Shown here: in pieces, positions 9,938 through 19,700 of the stretch | Layout of the letters: every line of letters begins with the position of its first letter | How positions within the stretch are numbered: the stretch's first letter is position 1 | From: an uncultured Candidatus Neoarthromitus sp. | GTDB lineage: Bacteria; Bacillota; Clostridia; Clostridiales; Clostridiaceae | DNA length: 32,000 bases | Assembly (NCBI GenBank): GCA_937890765.1 | Contig: CALADQ010000007.1 | Location: 125,880 to 157,879, forward strand | Direction of reading: 5' to 3' | Position numbers and translations under genes: made by a program | Notes under the pieces: model-generated | Database searches by the model: none | Told to the model about the DNA's origin: nothing | The model's input: the letters and a program-made list of their open reading frames with translations, nothing else

Positions 9938-11047
9938 ATGAAAAAAGCTAATGATAATTCAGAAAATCTTACTGATAGAAAAATTATTAATTCGCGTTTA
10001 TCTCAAATAAAATTTATGACTAGATTGAATTCCCCAGATCTAGAGTATACAATGTATAATCTCAATAATCTAATAAGCTTACTAGAGAAAGATTTATTTT
10101 ACGATCACAAATTATCAAAGCAATATTTAGATGATCTTAATAATAAAGCATATGTTATCGACGAAAAAATTAAGAAGGATTGTTTAAATTCAAATATAAA
10201 CTTTGAAAGTGATTTTAAAGAACTTGCACATAATCTTAGAAAAATTATTTTCAATGGCAATTACAAAAAGGCAATTGAAATAGGAAATAAAATTGGAGAA
10301 TTATATCAAAAAAAGGATTTAATTTGGTTTTTAATTGCACTTGCTTATGATTTAAATGGTGACAAAGAAGAAAGTGTGTTTTATTATAAACGCTCAATAC
10401 TTTTGAATGATTCGGAAGTAAAGTACTATTATTATTTGGCAAATGTTTATATAGATTTGGGTGATTTGGAAAATGCAAATAAGTTTATGTCGTATGCTTT
10501 AAGAATCGATTCTGAAAGCAAATATATATTAGAATCTTACGCCTATATACTATTGAATAACAACAAGTACGATAATGCAATTAATATATTTAAAGAATTG
10601 TTAGATAAAAGTGATAATGTTAACATGGTGAACAGAGCAATATCTATAATATATTTTTTAAAAGGGGTTAATTACTCTTATAAATCAAGCGATGGATATT
10701 TGTATAATATTGATAAAAATGATATATTCAACATGATTGCTTGTATAGAAAAAGCTATGCAATATGATTCTAGCGATATGTATTTCAAAAATAATATTTC
10801 TAAAGCTAAAAATTCTTTGAAAATATGTTTTGATCTTAAAAGAATTTGGCTTTTGATTATAGCTAGTATGTTTTACATTTTGAATGTACCTTTTATAAAA
10901 ATTGGAGTCATATTAATTATGTTTTTAATATTCGTTTCAAGTTTTAAGATGGTTTATGTTTTGGAAAAATTTAAAATAACCAATGACGGAACTAAGATAG
11001 ACTATTTTTGCAATAGAATAAACAAGTTTTTTTGTTTTAAAAAATAG
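9938..11047 (+). CDS. TPR-repeat protein with C-terminal transmembrane region
   Basis: TPR-like units such as 'YYYYLANVYIDLGDLENANKFMSYALRIDSESKYILESYAYILLNNNKYDNAINIFKELL'; hydrophobic 'LWLLIIASMFYILNVPFIKIGVILIMFLIFVSSF'-type region near the C-terminus. RBS AAAGGTGAT. Confidence 0.75.
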   Translation: MKKANDNSENLTDRKIINSRLSQIKFMTRLNSPDLEYTMYNLNNLISLLEKDLFYDHKLSKQYLDDLNNKAYVIDEKIKKDCLNSNINFESDFKELAHNLRKIIFNGNYKKAIEIGNKIGELYQKKDLIWFLIALAYDLNGDKEESVFYYKRSILLNDSEVKYYYYLANVYIDLGDLENANKFMSYALRIDSESKYILESYAYILLNNNKYDNAINIFKELLDKSDNVNMVNRAISIIYFLKGVNYSYKSSDGYLYNIDKNDIFNMIACIEKAMQYDSSDMYFKNNISKAKNSLKICFDLKRIWLLIIASMFYILNVPFIKIGVILIMFLIFVSSFKMVYVLEKFKITNDGTKIDYFCNRINKFFCFKK

Positions 11048-11081
11048 ACATTGTGAATTTTAATTTGTGAGGTGTAAAGCA

Positions 11082-11573
11082 TTGACGACTTTATATGAGC
11101 ATGTAGTTCTTGGCGACAAAATTTCAATGGTTAGTGCTAATTTTAATATACCTTTTTTATCTGGCGATGGTAACATTTGTTTATACGAAAATGGCGTAAG
11201 TTTAGTTGACGAATTTGGAAATGAAAAATATATAATTGAGTTGAATGATTTAAATATTAATTACGAAGAATTTATAAATGTTAGAAATTTGAAACGCTAT
11301 GATAATTTAAAATTGAAAATTACAATTGTTCGTAGAAGATTTTTCAAAAATAGGACCAAGCGAATTAAAGGAAATTATTACGGAAAATTAATTATAGAAA
11401 TTGCAGAAATAGGAAGTGTGGAATTATTTGATAATCAATTTTTTAAATACAAAAAGTTTTATGAAAAGATAATTTCTTTAAAAGATGGAAACAGCCCGTT
11501 AAAAATACATAAAAGCAACGAAAGAAATTCTATATTTAAATTTTTAAAATCTAAGTTTACGTTTAAAAATTAA
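11082..11573 (+). CDS. Hypothetical protein (about 163 aa), probably co-transcribed with the TPR gene
   Basis: TTG 11082 follows RBS GTGAGGTG (11067-11074); the track start GTG 11067 is inside this RBS. It lies 35 bp after the TPR gene stop. Confidence 0.6.
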   Translation: MTTLYEHVVLGDKISMVSANFNIPFLSGDGNICLYENGVSLVDEFGNEKYIIELNDLNINYEEFINVRNLKRYDNLKLKITIVRRRFFKNRTKRIKGNYYGKLIIEIAEIGSVELFDNQFFKYKKFYEKIISLKDGNSPLKIHKSNERNSIFKFLKSKFTFKN

Positions 11574-11585
11574 AATTTTACTTAT

Positions 11586-11627
11586 CTTTTGGCAAGTGTT
11601 ATAAACATTTGCCAAAAGTTTTTTTTT
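11586..11627 (+). terminator. Rho-independent terminator
   Basis: CTTTTGGCAAGTG (11586-11598) / CATTTGCCAAAAG (11606-11618) followed by a 9-T tract. Confidence 0.9.
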
Positions 11628-11674
11628 GTAAAAATGAATATTATCAATAAAATTTTAAAAAATATTATTGAGTT

Positions 11675-12061
11675 TTAATGATTAATTGACAATGAATAAG
11701 TTCCTATTCCATTGTCGTATGTAAAGTCAACAAAATATTTCGTTTCGCCATTTGGATTAAGCTCAATCGTGTCCTTCGATGGGCCTTTTGTTGACAAATA
11801 TTCGTTTTTATTTTCATCGACTAGCTTTATGTACGTAGTTCCATTTCTTAATTTTAAGTCGTATGAAAATTTCGTAGGTTTCGAAATTGTAAATTCATAA
11901 CTTTCTGTTCCAGAGAATTTTGAAAAATTTGACGAAATCGGAGTGTCTATTGTTAATTCTCCTAGTATTACTCTTGACTTTTTTGGAGTGTTTGAACACG
12001 ATACAAGAGTTATTGCCAAAACTATTGCAAGAGTATTTAGTATTAGGAATTTAATTTTCAT
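11675..12061 (-). CDS. Small lipoprotein with beta-rich extracellular domain
   Basis: Signal peptide with lipobox 'MKIKFLILNTLAIVLAITLVSC'; remainder 'ESYEFTISKPTKFSYDLKLRNGTTYIKLVDENKNEY...GTYSLSI' resembles PPC-like/jelly-roll segments. RBS AAAAGGAGAG. Confidence 0.65.
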   Translation of the reverse strand: MKIKFLILNTLAIVLAITLVSCSNTPKKSRVILGELTIDTPISSNFSKFSGTESYEFTISKPTKFSYDLKLRNGTTYIKLVDENKNEYLSTKGPSKDTIELNPNGETKYFVDFTYDNGIGTYSLSINH

Positions 12062-12182
12062 TAGAGAGCTCTCCTTTTATAAATTTTTTATAAGTATTCC
12101 AATATTTTATATAAAGTTTCATAAAATATCAAATTTTAACAGTTATTTTAAAAATGCCTATTAAAGATTAGGAGGAAGTGTT

Positions 12183-15100
12183 TTGACAAAAAAGATTTTT
12201 AGATTTTTAAATTTTATATTTTTGCTGATGTTTGTTTGTAATTACATAATTCTTAATAATTCATTCGCTCAACCTAAAAATCTTAAAAGTTCAGAAGAAT
12301 TAACTTTAGATTTTGATGTCAGTAACGTCGATCTTAAGTCAGCAACTTTTAGTTGGTCTTATCCAGAAGATATGAAATTTTCTATGGGAGATTATATAAA
12401 TTTAATTGTTATTGATGAGGATGTTGGGGATAATGGGCAGGTTCCTATATTTTCTGTTGCACACAACATGGATAATATAAATTTAAAATCTATAACAAAA
12501 TTTGAAACGAAATCACTAGCAGCTTCTACAAATTATAAAGCTAAAATTGAATTGGTAAAATCAAACGGTGATGTTTATTTAGGTGAATATTCTTTTTCAA
12601 CAGTTGAATTTACAATTTCTGATATGGCTTTTCAAGGAGTTGTTGATAACAAGGCTAACAAAAAAAATATTAGGATTACTTGGAATGTAAGTCATAAGAA
12701 TTTTGAATTGGATGATGGCGATAAAATTCAAATTTTTATGAAAAAATTTAGCGATAATGATTTTTTTAAAACTCCTATTTATGAAACTAAAGACAAATTA
12801 ACACGAGCTGACATTGAAGTTCCAAATTTCGAAGAGGATTACGAATTTAAAATAGTTTATGTTATGGGTGAAAAGAAAGTTGAAAGTGAAATTTTTGGTT
12901 TGAATGTTTCGGCTGACGGAATTGACTTTAAAGTTAAAGACATAACTTCAAGTTCCGCTAAGCTCGATTGGTATTTTCAAAATGCTGAAGTTTTAAACGC
13001 CACTAGCCAAATTGAAATTTTTGCAAAAGAAAGTTCCACAGCGGAGTATGTCAATAAACCAATTTTGAGTTTAAAGGGAAGAGAAGATTTAATTGATGGT
13101 GGAGAATATTTTCTTGACGATTTGAAGCCAAACACAAAATACAATGTGAAAGTTAAATATATTGTTGAATATATAAACCAGTTTGATAAAAATTTTCCTG
13201 TAACTAAGGAAGATGAATATGAATTTACCACTGGAAAGTTTGCTGTAAAAGATTTGAAAATCACACCATCATCAAATAATAGATGTGTTTTAAGTTGGGA
13301 TTATGATGGAGATGCCGTTACGTTTTCTGAAGATGATAATGCAAAAATTTTTATTAAAGAGAGTTCGGTTGGAAGTTTTTCACAAGAAACTTTAACAATA
13401 TCGGAAAGTCTTTTGCAAACTAAAAAAGCAGATTTAGTTTTCCCAAAATTCAATACAAAATATGATGTGAAAATTGTTTTCAACGTTGGAGAAAAATATA
13501 TAGATAATTACATAAGTTACGTTGTGGAAGTTCCCGAAATAGATTTTAAAATTAAGGAAATAAAAAATAATAGTTTAAAAATTATTGCGACCGTAAATGA
13601 GAAAACTATTTTTGAAGATGGTGATAAAATTCAAATTTTTGCAAAGAAGCAAAGCGAAACAAATTTTCAATTTAATCCGATTAAAGAAATTGTGAAAAAT
13701 CCAAATGAACAACTTCCAATTGGAAGCAATCGCGAAATAGAAATAAATATACCAGATGTTCAAGCGAACTTACGCGAAGAACCTCAAGATAAAAAATACG
13801 ATTTTAAAATCAACGTAATAAAGAATCAAAATATTTTTCAAGAAAAAATTTACAGCGTTGAATTTAAAAATGATTCTCTACAAATTGTAAATGTATCTTT
13901 TATTAAAAAGAATGAAAAAGAAATAGATGCAATTGTTGAGTATGCACCTAGTGATTACGAATTCAACAATAAAGTTACCTCATTAAGTTTGTTTAAAAGC
14001 AAGTACGTAGAAGAAAATAATTCTACTTCATCGCCGAACAATACAAAAAAAGAAAATTCACCAAAAGCAGATCAAGAAATTAAATCTGATTTCAAAACGA
14101 ATAACAAATTCACAATAAAGTTTGAAGATTTTTCAAAATATAAACTAAAGTTTACATACACTCTTAAGAAACAAAGTGGAAGTAGTAGTGGTGCAGATAC
14201 TTCTGATGGAGGAACATCATCAGAACATTCAGATGCTCAACAACAAGCTCATCAAAATCAGAATGGGCCTAGTTCAGATTCAACAGATATTGGCGCACAA
14301 GGTCAAGCTGGAAATATTGAAGGCTCAACAAATGTTAATACACAACCACAAACGGGAAGTAATGGAGATGATAGAAATCAAACAAATGATCATCAGCAAT
14401 CAAATGAACCCAATGAACAATTGTCACAACAGGATGGGCAAAACAATCATGAAACAAATGATAGAGAAGAAAGTTTAGAACCAGTTACAAAATCACAAAT
14501 CTTAAAAAAGAGAGAAACGACTTCGTCTTCTTCTTCACCTTCTGAATCTTCATCTACTCCAACTCCAAATGAGACAGAAAAAGTTGAAAGAGAAGTTATT
14601 TACGATAATAAATTTGATATTTTTTCATTTGGATTAGTTGATGTGGTGATGAATGAAATAAAATTAAGTTTTGATTTTAAAAATTATTACACCTTCAAAA
14701 ATAGAGATAAGATTGAAATTTTTGTGAAGAAAGTTGGAGAAGAAGAGTTCAAAGATTTACTTGTAACATTTGAACACAATGGTAGTAGTGTCAATCTTGG
14801 TGATATAGAAAATTTTGATTTGGTTGGTTTGGATCCGGGAAATTCTTACGTGTTTAAAGCAAAATTAAGTTTGGCTTCCAACAAAGATGCTATTATCGAA
14901 AAAGAAGTTGAAGTTTCAACTGTTCCGATTACGTTGGATGATGTTACGGTTGAACATATTTCTGATTTAACAGGTGTTGTTAGATGGAGATTGGGAAATA
15001 ATTTTAAATTTGGACCTGATGACGTTTTAAATATTTTTTATAAAAAAGAAAATGAAAGCAGTTATCCTTCAGAGCCAAATGAAATTATTGAAGAAATTAA

Positions 15101-16769
15101 TTTGACAGACAGCGTGTTCATTTACATGGATAACATAGATAAAAAATACGATGTGAAATTAGTTTTTAAGAGTGGTGAAAAAACTTTAGAGAAAGAATTA
15201 AAATTTAATACTTCAGTTGATAACTTAGATGCAATGATAAATGATATTTATCAAACTTCTGCATATTTAAAATGGAATTATCCAAAAGACTACATGTTGA
15301 CAGATGGAGAAAGCATTTCTGTTTTTGTTAAAGAAAGTAGCCAATCAAGTTATGGAGAAGAGCCAGATTATTTTATGGAACAAAATGAAGAAGAGTCAGA
15401 AATTTTAGATAATTTTAAAAGTGCAAAGTTGTTTGACCTTTTGCCAAATACAAATTACGATGTAAAAGTTTTTTTAGATTTGGGAGACATAGGCACTAAA
15501 GAATTAGAAATAAGTTTTAAGACTGAAGATATTTTAATATCTGATTTGCAATTAACTGAATTTAAACCATACGAATTCAACGTTTTTTGGGAATTAAATT
15601 CAGATACAATTGATTTCAATGAAGAGTATGATTCTCTTGATATATATATGAAGATTCCAGAAGAAACTTGGAATGAAGATAATTTGATTTACAGTTTTTC
15701 AAAAAATTTAAATAACTTTAATAAAGTGAGATTTGTAGTTGATGACGTTACGATTGTTTATGATGTGAAAATTGAATACAATTTGGTGAACAAAAAGATT
15801 TCTAAAACTTTTTCGACAGGACTTTTTTATATTGATTATAACGAACAAGAATATGGAACTGTTGATGTGATAGTAAAATATCCTTCTGCAATTAATTTCA
15901 AAGACGGCGATGAATTAATTGTTTACGTCGCTAAGCCAAAACAATCTAATTATGAGCAAAAGTTTTTATCTAAACAAAGTTCTTCGAACGATTTGAAATC
16001 TTTAAGAGGAATAATTTTAAAAGACCTTAAACAGACCTCATCCATTGCCGCTAGCTTAAAAAGCAAGTCTGTAAAAATTTTCCCGTCAGAAATTATTTAT
16101 GATACTAGAGCCGAAAATTCATCAACCCTTGAAATTGTAAGTGAGCTTAAAGGTGGTTCAATAGATATTGACCTTCCTGTTGATTATGAACTCGATTTGA
16201 AAGCAGAAATAAGAAATAGCATAGGAGGACGTTCCTATTATGAAAAATTAGATGATGGCACTTATGTAATAGTCATAGATAACATAGTTCCCAAGAAAGT
16301 ATATAAAGAAACTAAACTTATTGCACAAGACGTAGATGGAAAAGAAGTTGAATTATTTATAGATGAATTTACATTGGAGCCTGAAAATTTATTGGAAGAT
16401 TTTTTATATAATTCTTATTATTTTGCATTTGATAGATCTCCAGACGAAGGAGGTTACACTTATTGGAAAGGAAAGCTTGAAGAAAATGGAGATATAACTG
16501 GAAGATATTTTTTGGTAAATTTAATGTTTGCAGAAAAAGAATTTGCAGATAGAAATTTAGAAGATGATGCTTTGGTAAAAGTTTTGTACCAAATCGTAGT
16601 TAATAGAACTTACGATTCCAAAGGATTAAGTTATTGGGTTGCAATATACAAACAGTATTTGAACAAATTTAATGGAGATAGATACGAAGCGAAAAAAACA
16701 ATAGTTATGAGAATGGTTAACGAACCAGAATTTCAAAGATTGTGTAAGAAAATGAAAATAAAGTGGTGA
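12183..16769 (+). CDS. Giant secreted surface protein with about 11 Fn3-like modules and C-terminal DUF4214-like domain (protein A)
   Basis: TTG start after near-perfect SD AGGAGGAAGTG. Signal peptide 'FRFLNFIFLLMFVCNYIILNNSFAQ'. Recurrent W-x-YP...F.DGD.I.IF.K modules. C-terminus 'YFAFDRSPDEGGYTYWKGKLEENGDITGRYFLVNLMFAEKEFADRNLEDDALVKVLYQIVVNRTYDSKGLSYW'. Confidence 0.85.
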   Translation: MTKKIFRFLNFIFLLMFVCNYIILNNSFAQPKNLKSSEELTLDFDVSNVDLKSATFSWSYPEDMKFSMGDYINLIVIDEDVGDNGQVPIFSVAHNMDNINLKSITKFETKSLAASTNYKAKIELVKSNGDVYLGEYSFSTVEFTISDMAFQGVVDNKANKKNIRITWNVSHKNFELDDGDKIQIFMKKFSDNDFFKTPIYETKDKLTRADIEVPNFEEDYEFKIVYVMGEKKVESEIFGLNVSADGIDFKVKDITSSSAKLDWYFQNAEVLNATSQIEIFAKESSTAEYVNKPILSLKGREDLIDGGEYFLDDLKPNTKYNVKVKYIVEYINQFDKNFPVTKEDEYEFTTGKFAVKDLKITPSSNNRCVLSWDYDGDAVTFSEDDNAKIFIKESSVGSFSQETLTISESLLQTKKADLVFPKFNTKYDVKIVFNVGEKYIDNYISYVVEVPEIDFKIKEIKNNSLKIIATVNEKTIFEDGDKIQIFAKKQSETNFQFNPIKEIVKNPNEQLPIGSNREIEINIPDVQANLREEPQDKKYDFKINVIKNQNIFQEKIYSVEFKNDSLQIVNVSFIKKNEKEIDAIVEYAPSDYEFNNKVTSLSLFKSKYVEENNSTSSPNNTKKENSPKADQEIKSDFKTNNKFTIKFEDFSKYKLKFTYTLKKQSGSSSGADTSDGGTSSEHSDAQQQAHQNQNGPSSDSTDIGAQGQAGNIEGSTNVNTQPQTGSNGDDRNQTNDHQQSNEPNEQLSQQDGQNNHETNDREESLEPVTKSQILKKRETTSSSSSPSESSSTPTPNETEKVEREVIYDNKFDIFSFGLVDVVMNEIKLSFDFKNYYTFKNRDKIEIFVKKVGEEEFKDLLVTFEHNGSSVNLGDIENFDLVGLDPGNSYVFKAKLSLASNKDAIIEKEVEVSTVPITLDDVTVEHISDLTGVVRWRLGNNFKFGPDDVLNIFYKKENESSYPSEPNEIIEEINLTDSVFIYMDNIDKKYDVKLVFKSGEKTLEKELKFNTSVDNLDAMINDIYQTSAYLKWNYPKDYMLTDGESISVFVKESSQSSYGEEPDYFMEQNEEESEILDNFKSAKLFDLLPNTNYDVKVFLDLGDIGTKELEISFKTEDILISDLQLTEFKPYEFNVFWELNSDTIDFNEEYDSLDIYMKIPEETWNEDNLIYSFSKNLNNFNKVRFVVDDVTIVYDVKIEYNLVNKKISKTFSTGLFYIDYNEQEYGTVDVIVKYPSAINFKDGDELIVYVAKPKQSNYEQKFLSKQSSSNDLKSLRGIILKDLKQTSSIAASLKSKSVKIFPSEIIYDTRAENSSTLEIVSELKGGSIDIDLPVDYELDLKAEIRNSIGGRSYYEKLDDGTYVIVIDNIVPKKVYKETKLIAQDVDGKEVELFIDEFTLEPENLLEDFLYNSYYFAFDRSPDEGGYTYWKGKLEENGDITGRYFLVNLMFAEKEFADRNLEDDALVKVLYQIVVNRTYDSKGLSYWVAIYKQYLNKFNGDRYEAKKTIVMRMVNEPEFQRLCKKMKIKW
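14175..14588 (+). other. Q/S/N/G-rich low-complexity insertion (about 138 aa) inside protein A
   Basis: SGSSSGADTSDGGTSSEHSDAQQQAHQNQNGPSSDS...SSSSSPSESSSTPTPNETEK, between TYTLKKQ and VEREVIYDNKF. Confidence 0.85.
16390..16766 (+). other. DUF4214-like C-terminal domain of protein A
   Basis: Closely matched to the C-terminus of protein B: FAF[DE]R.PDE.GY.YW..KL.....ITG.Y.L.NLMFAE.EF.DRNL.DD.L.KVLYQIVVNRTYD..GL..W. Confidence 0.7.
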
Positions 16770-16776
16770 TATAAAT

Positions 16777-19700
16777 ATGTCATTGTTTAATTATAATAAA
16801 CAATTTTTAAAAAGATTTTTAGCCAGATTATTATTGATTTGTTTTTTCATAGACATAGTCCCATTGCCTAAAAATATAAACAAAATTTTGAATAATAAAT
16901 TTGACGCTAAAGCTTTTGCTAGTCAAAGTGAAGCAATTTCTCCAGGATATGTTATAAGATCAGAGGAGGGAGGAATAACATTTGACTTAAGCAACAGACT
17001 TACTGAGAACATGACAGTTGAATCCCTAAGTTTTAAAAATACAGATCCATCAAAGCGTAGTCAAGATAGACCAGAAACAAAATTTAACGGTCAAAATCAT
17101 AAATGGTTTTCAAATGACGCTTTGTTTAACGGAGACATATACGAAATCGAAACTGTTATTTATGATGCTGAATCAAAAAAATCTTTAAAATTTATAAATT
17201 CTTTTAAGTACAATGACACTAATGAAAAATTTAAACCAATTATAAGATTTATAAATTCTAGTGAAAGTGCAGATCGTTTTATTAATAATGATGTTGAAGT
17301 TGATTTTTCGGGTTGTTCTGAAATATTAGGCAAATACAATGATTTTAAAATAGATATTTTAAATTCTGACTATACACCAATAGGAATTGAAACCTTAGAT
17401 ATAAGTTTAACAAATTTAAGAAGTTTTTCATATAAAATATCTTTCGTCAATGTTTCAAAATTGTTTAAATCAAATACAGATTATATAATTAGGGTTAATG
17501 CTGAAGGGAATATGTTTGAATATTTATTTTCAGCTACCATAAAAAAAGATAAGAGCATAAAAAAAATGTTTGACCCATCTGATATTGCTTGTGTTTTTGA
17601 TCCTGTTTTTAGAAAACTTAGATTATATATGGATGATTTTAAATTGTTCAATCATCCGGATCTTCCAATGGAAATAGTTTTACAAGATGCTAATGAACGT
17701 TTAAGACCTTCGATAACTCAAATTATGTATAATGAAGGATTTATTTCTTTAGATGTACCAGATGAATATTTTGGATTAAAGCAACCTTCAAATGTAACAT
17801 TGAGATATATGAATTCATTAGGAGAAGCTTCTGAAATTACTTCTTTTCAAATAAGTTTTCCATACACGGATAATATGGCTACTAATTTTATTTGGTTAGG
17901 TTTAGAGACAAAGGAAATAGAAGTAAAGGATGGATATCAATTTACCGAAGTTAAGCTAACTGATAATTCTGAAGGATATAGAATACCACATTCATGGGAT
18001 AATCTACCTAAGGTTCATTATGTTACGATGTATGATCATACAAAAACAAAGCAAATAGGTGGGGAACTTAGAGTAGAAGTTATTAATTCAAAATATGATT
18101 TTTTAGAAAAAAATCATGAAGTTTCAGGTGCAGATTTTAAAATTAGATATCATGATATGGCTCAAGGTATAAATACATGTTATTTTAAGGTCCAATCTAG
18201 CAGTAATCTCCAAGAGTGGAGAGAAGCTTATTTACCAGTTACTTTTTATGCAGATATAATTCAATTTAGTTTTTTAGAAGTAGATATGGATGAGTTAGTG
18301 GTTTCTAAACAAGGAGCAAATTTATATAATTTTAGATTAACTCCTAAGGGAGTAGAATTTAAATCTGGAGATATTATGTCAGTTATTGATGATGAAGGTA
18401 ACGAGCATAAAGCAAAAACAGTAAATGGAAAAAATTTTTCATTTACTAATGTACCTGTTTTGATGGGTGGTAAATATTTAGTAACTTTAAATAGTGCTAC
18501 TGGGTTAATTTATTTTAATTCTGTAGATTCGTCAATATTGTTTAATCCTTCAATAATAGCTACAAATATAGATAATCAAGAGGCTATCGATATTAAGTTT
18601 GATAATAAACTTTCAGCATTATTAAATTCTACATCTTCTAATAATAATGTGAAAATATTACATGAAAATGGTAATTCAACCGAAAATAATTTTTCGAATA
18701 TAGTGAGTGGTTCAAATAAATTTAAGTTGAATAAAGGACTTGTAAAAGGTGAAAGATATATTTTAGAATTTAATAATGGTTCTCACATATTTAAAACAAC
18801 TTTTGAATATGCTCCGCTCAGGGTTTCTTTAGATAAAGCGACGGGCACAACTGCTAAGTTAGCTTGGGAATATCCAAGTAATTATTTAATTATGGAGGGA
18901 GATATTTTAAATATATACTTTAAAAAAGATGGATATAGTTATCAAGCTGTTCCAGATGCTAAAATTGTTCATGGTTTTCAAGAGATAGATTTTGATAAAG
19001 TAAGAACATATACAATAAAGAATTTGAGTCCAAATATAAATTATACAGCTAAACTTGAACTTATAACCAGTACGGGACTTACATTCTCAAGCGAAGTTGA
19101 ATTTGTAACTAGTGATTTTAAAATTTTAAATGAAACTATTGATGGATTATCAGAAGAAGGTTCAATAAATAAAAAAAATATCGATATAACTTGGGATATA
19201 AATCAAGCTGATATGGAATTTTCTCAGGGGGATAGGATAGATATTTTCCTAAAATTGAAATCTCACGATGTTTTTCCAAGAACTCCAGTTCATGTAATAA
19301 ATGAAGATTTAAATAGAATAAGGAGAGCAAGCATAGAAGTTCCCAATTTTGAAGAATCTTATAGTCTTAAGATTGTATATAACATAGGTGGAACACGACA
19401 TTCAGGTAATGTTTTGAATTTTGATGTTAAAATGAAAGGAACGGAGATCAATGCAAGCGAAATTAAACCTTCAAGTTTCATTATCAATTGGACTTATCCA
19501 GAAGAAATGATTTTTACAGAAGGTCAAGAGTTAAGATTATTTATTAAAAAATCTAATGATCCTAGTTTTCCAAATGATCCTTCTTTTAATGCGATACAAG
19601 GAGGAGAAACGAATTTAAAAAATATCGTTAATTACAAATTTGAGAATCTAAATGAGGACACTATATATCAAGTTAAATTAGAACATAAAATCGATGAAAA

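Noticed and set aside
1066-10478. Minus-strand ORFs 1066-1263, 3454-3666, 3609-3839, 4953-5135, 5315-5704, 6546-6788, 7416-7619, 8331-8564, 10251-10478
   Set aside because: All lie antisense to well-supported genes in AT-rich DNA with no convincing RBS or family features.
12064-12073. GAGAGCTCTC perfect palindrome overlapping the lipoprotein RBS
   Set aside because: Too short to form a hairpin with a viable loop; likely coincidental with the purine-rich RBS.
11943-12164. +strand 73-aa ORF
   Set aside because: Antisense to the lipoprotein gene, which has a lipobox and RBS; no credible coding features.
14176-14478. +strand overlapping 100-aa ORF MEVVVVQILLMEEHHQNIQMLNN...
   Set aside because: Out-of-frame reading of the low-complexity insert in protein A; no RBS context, composition artefact.
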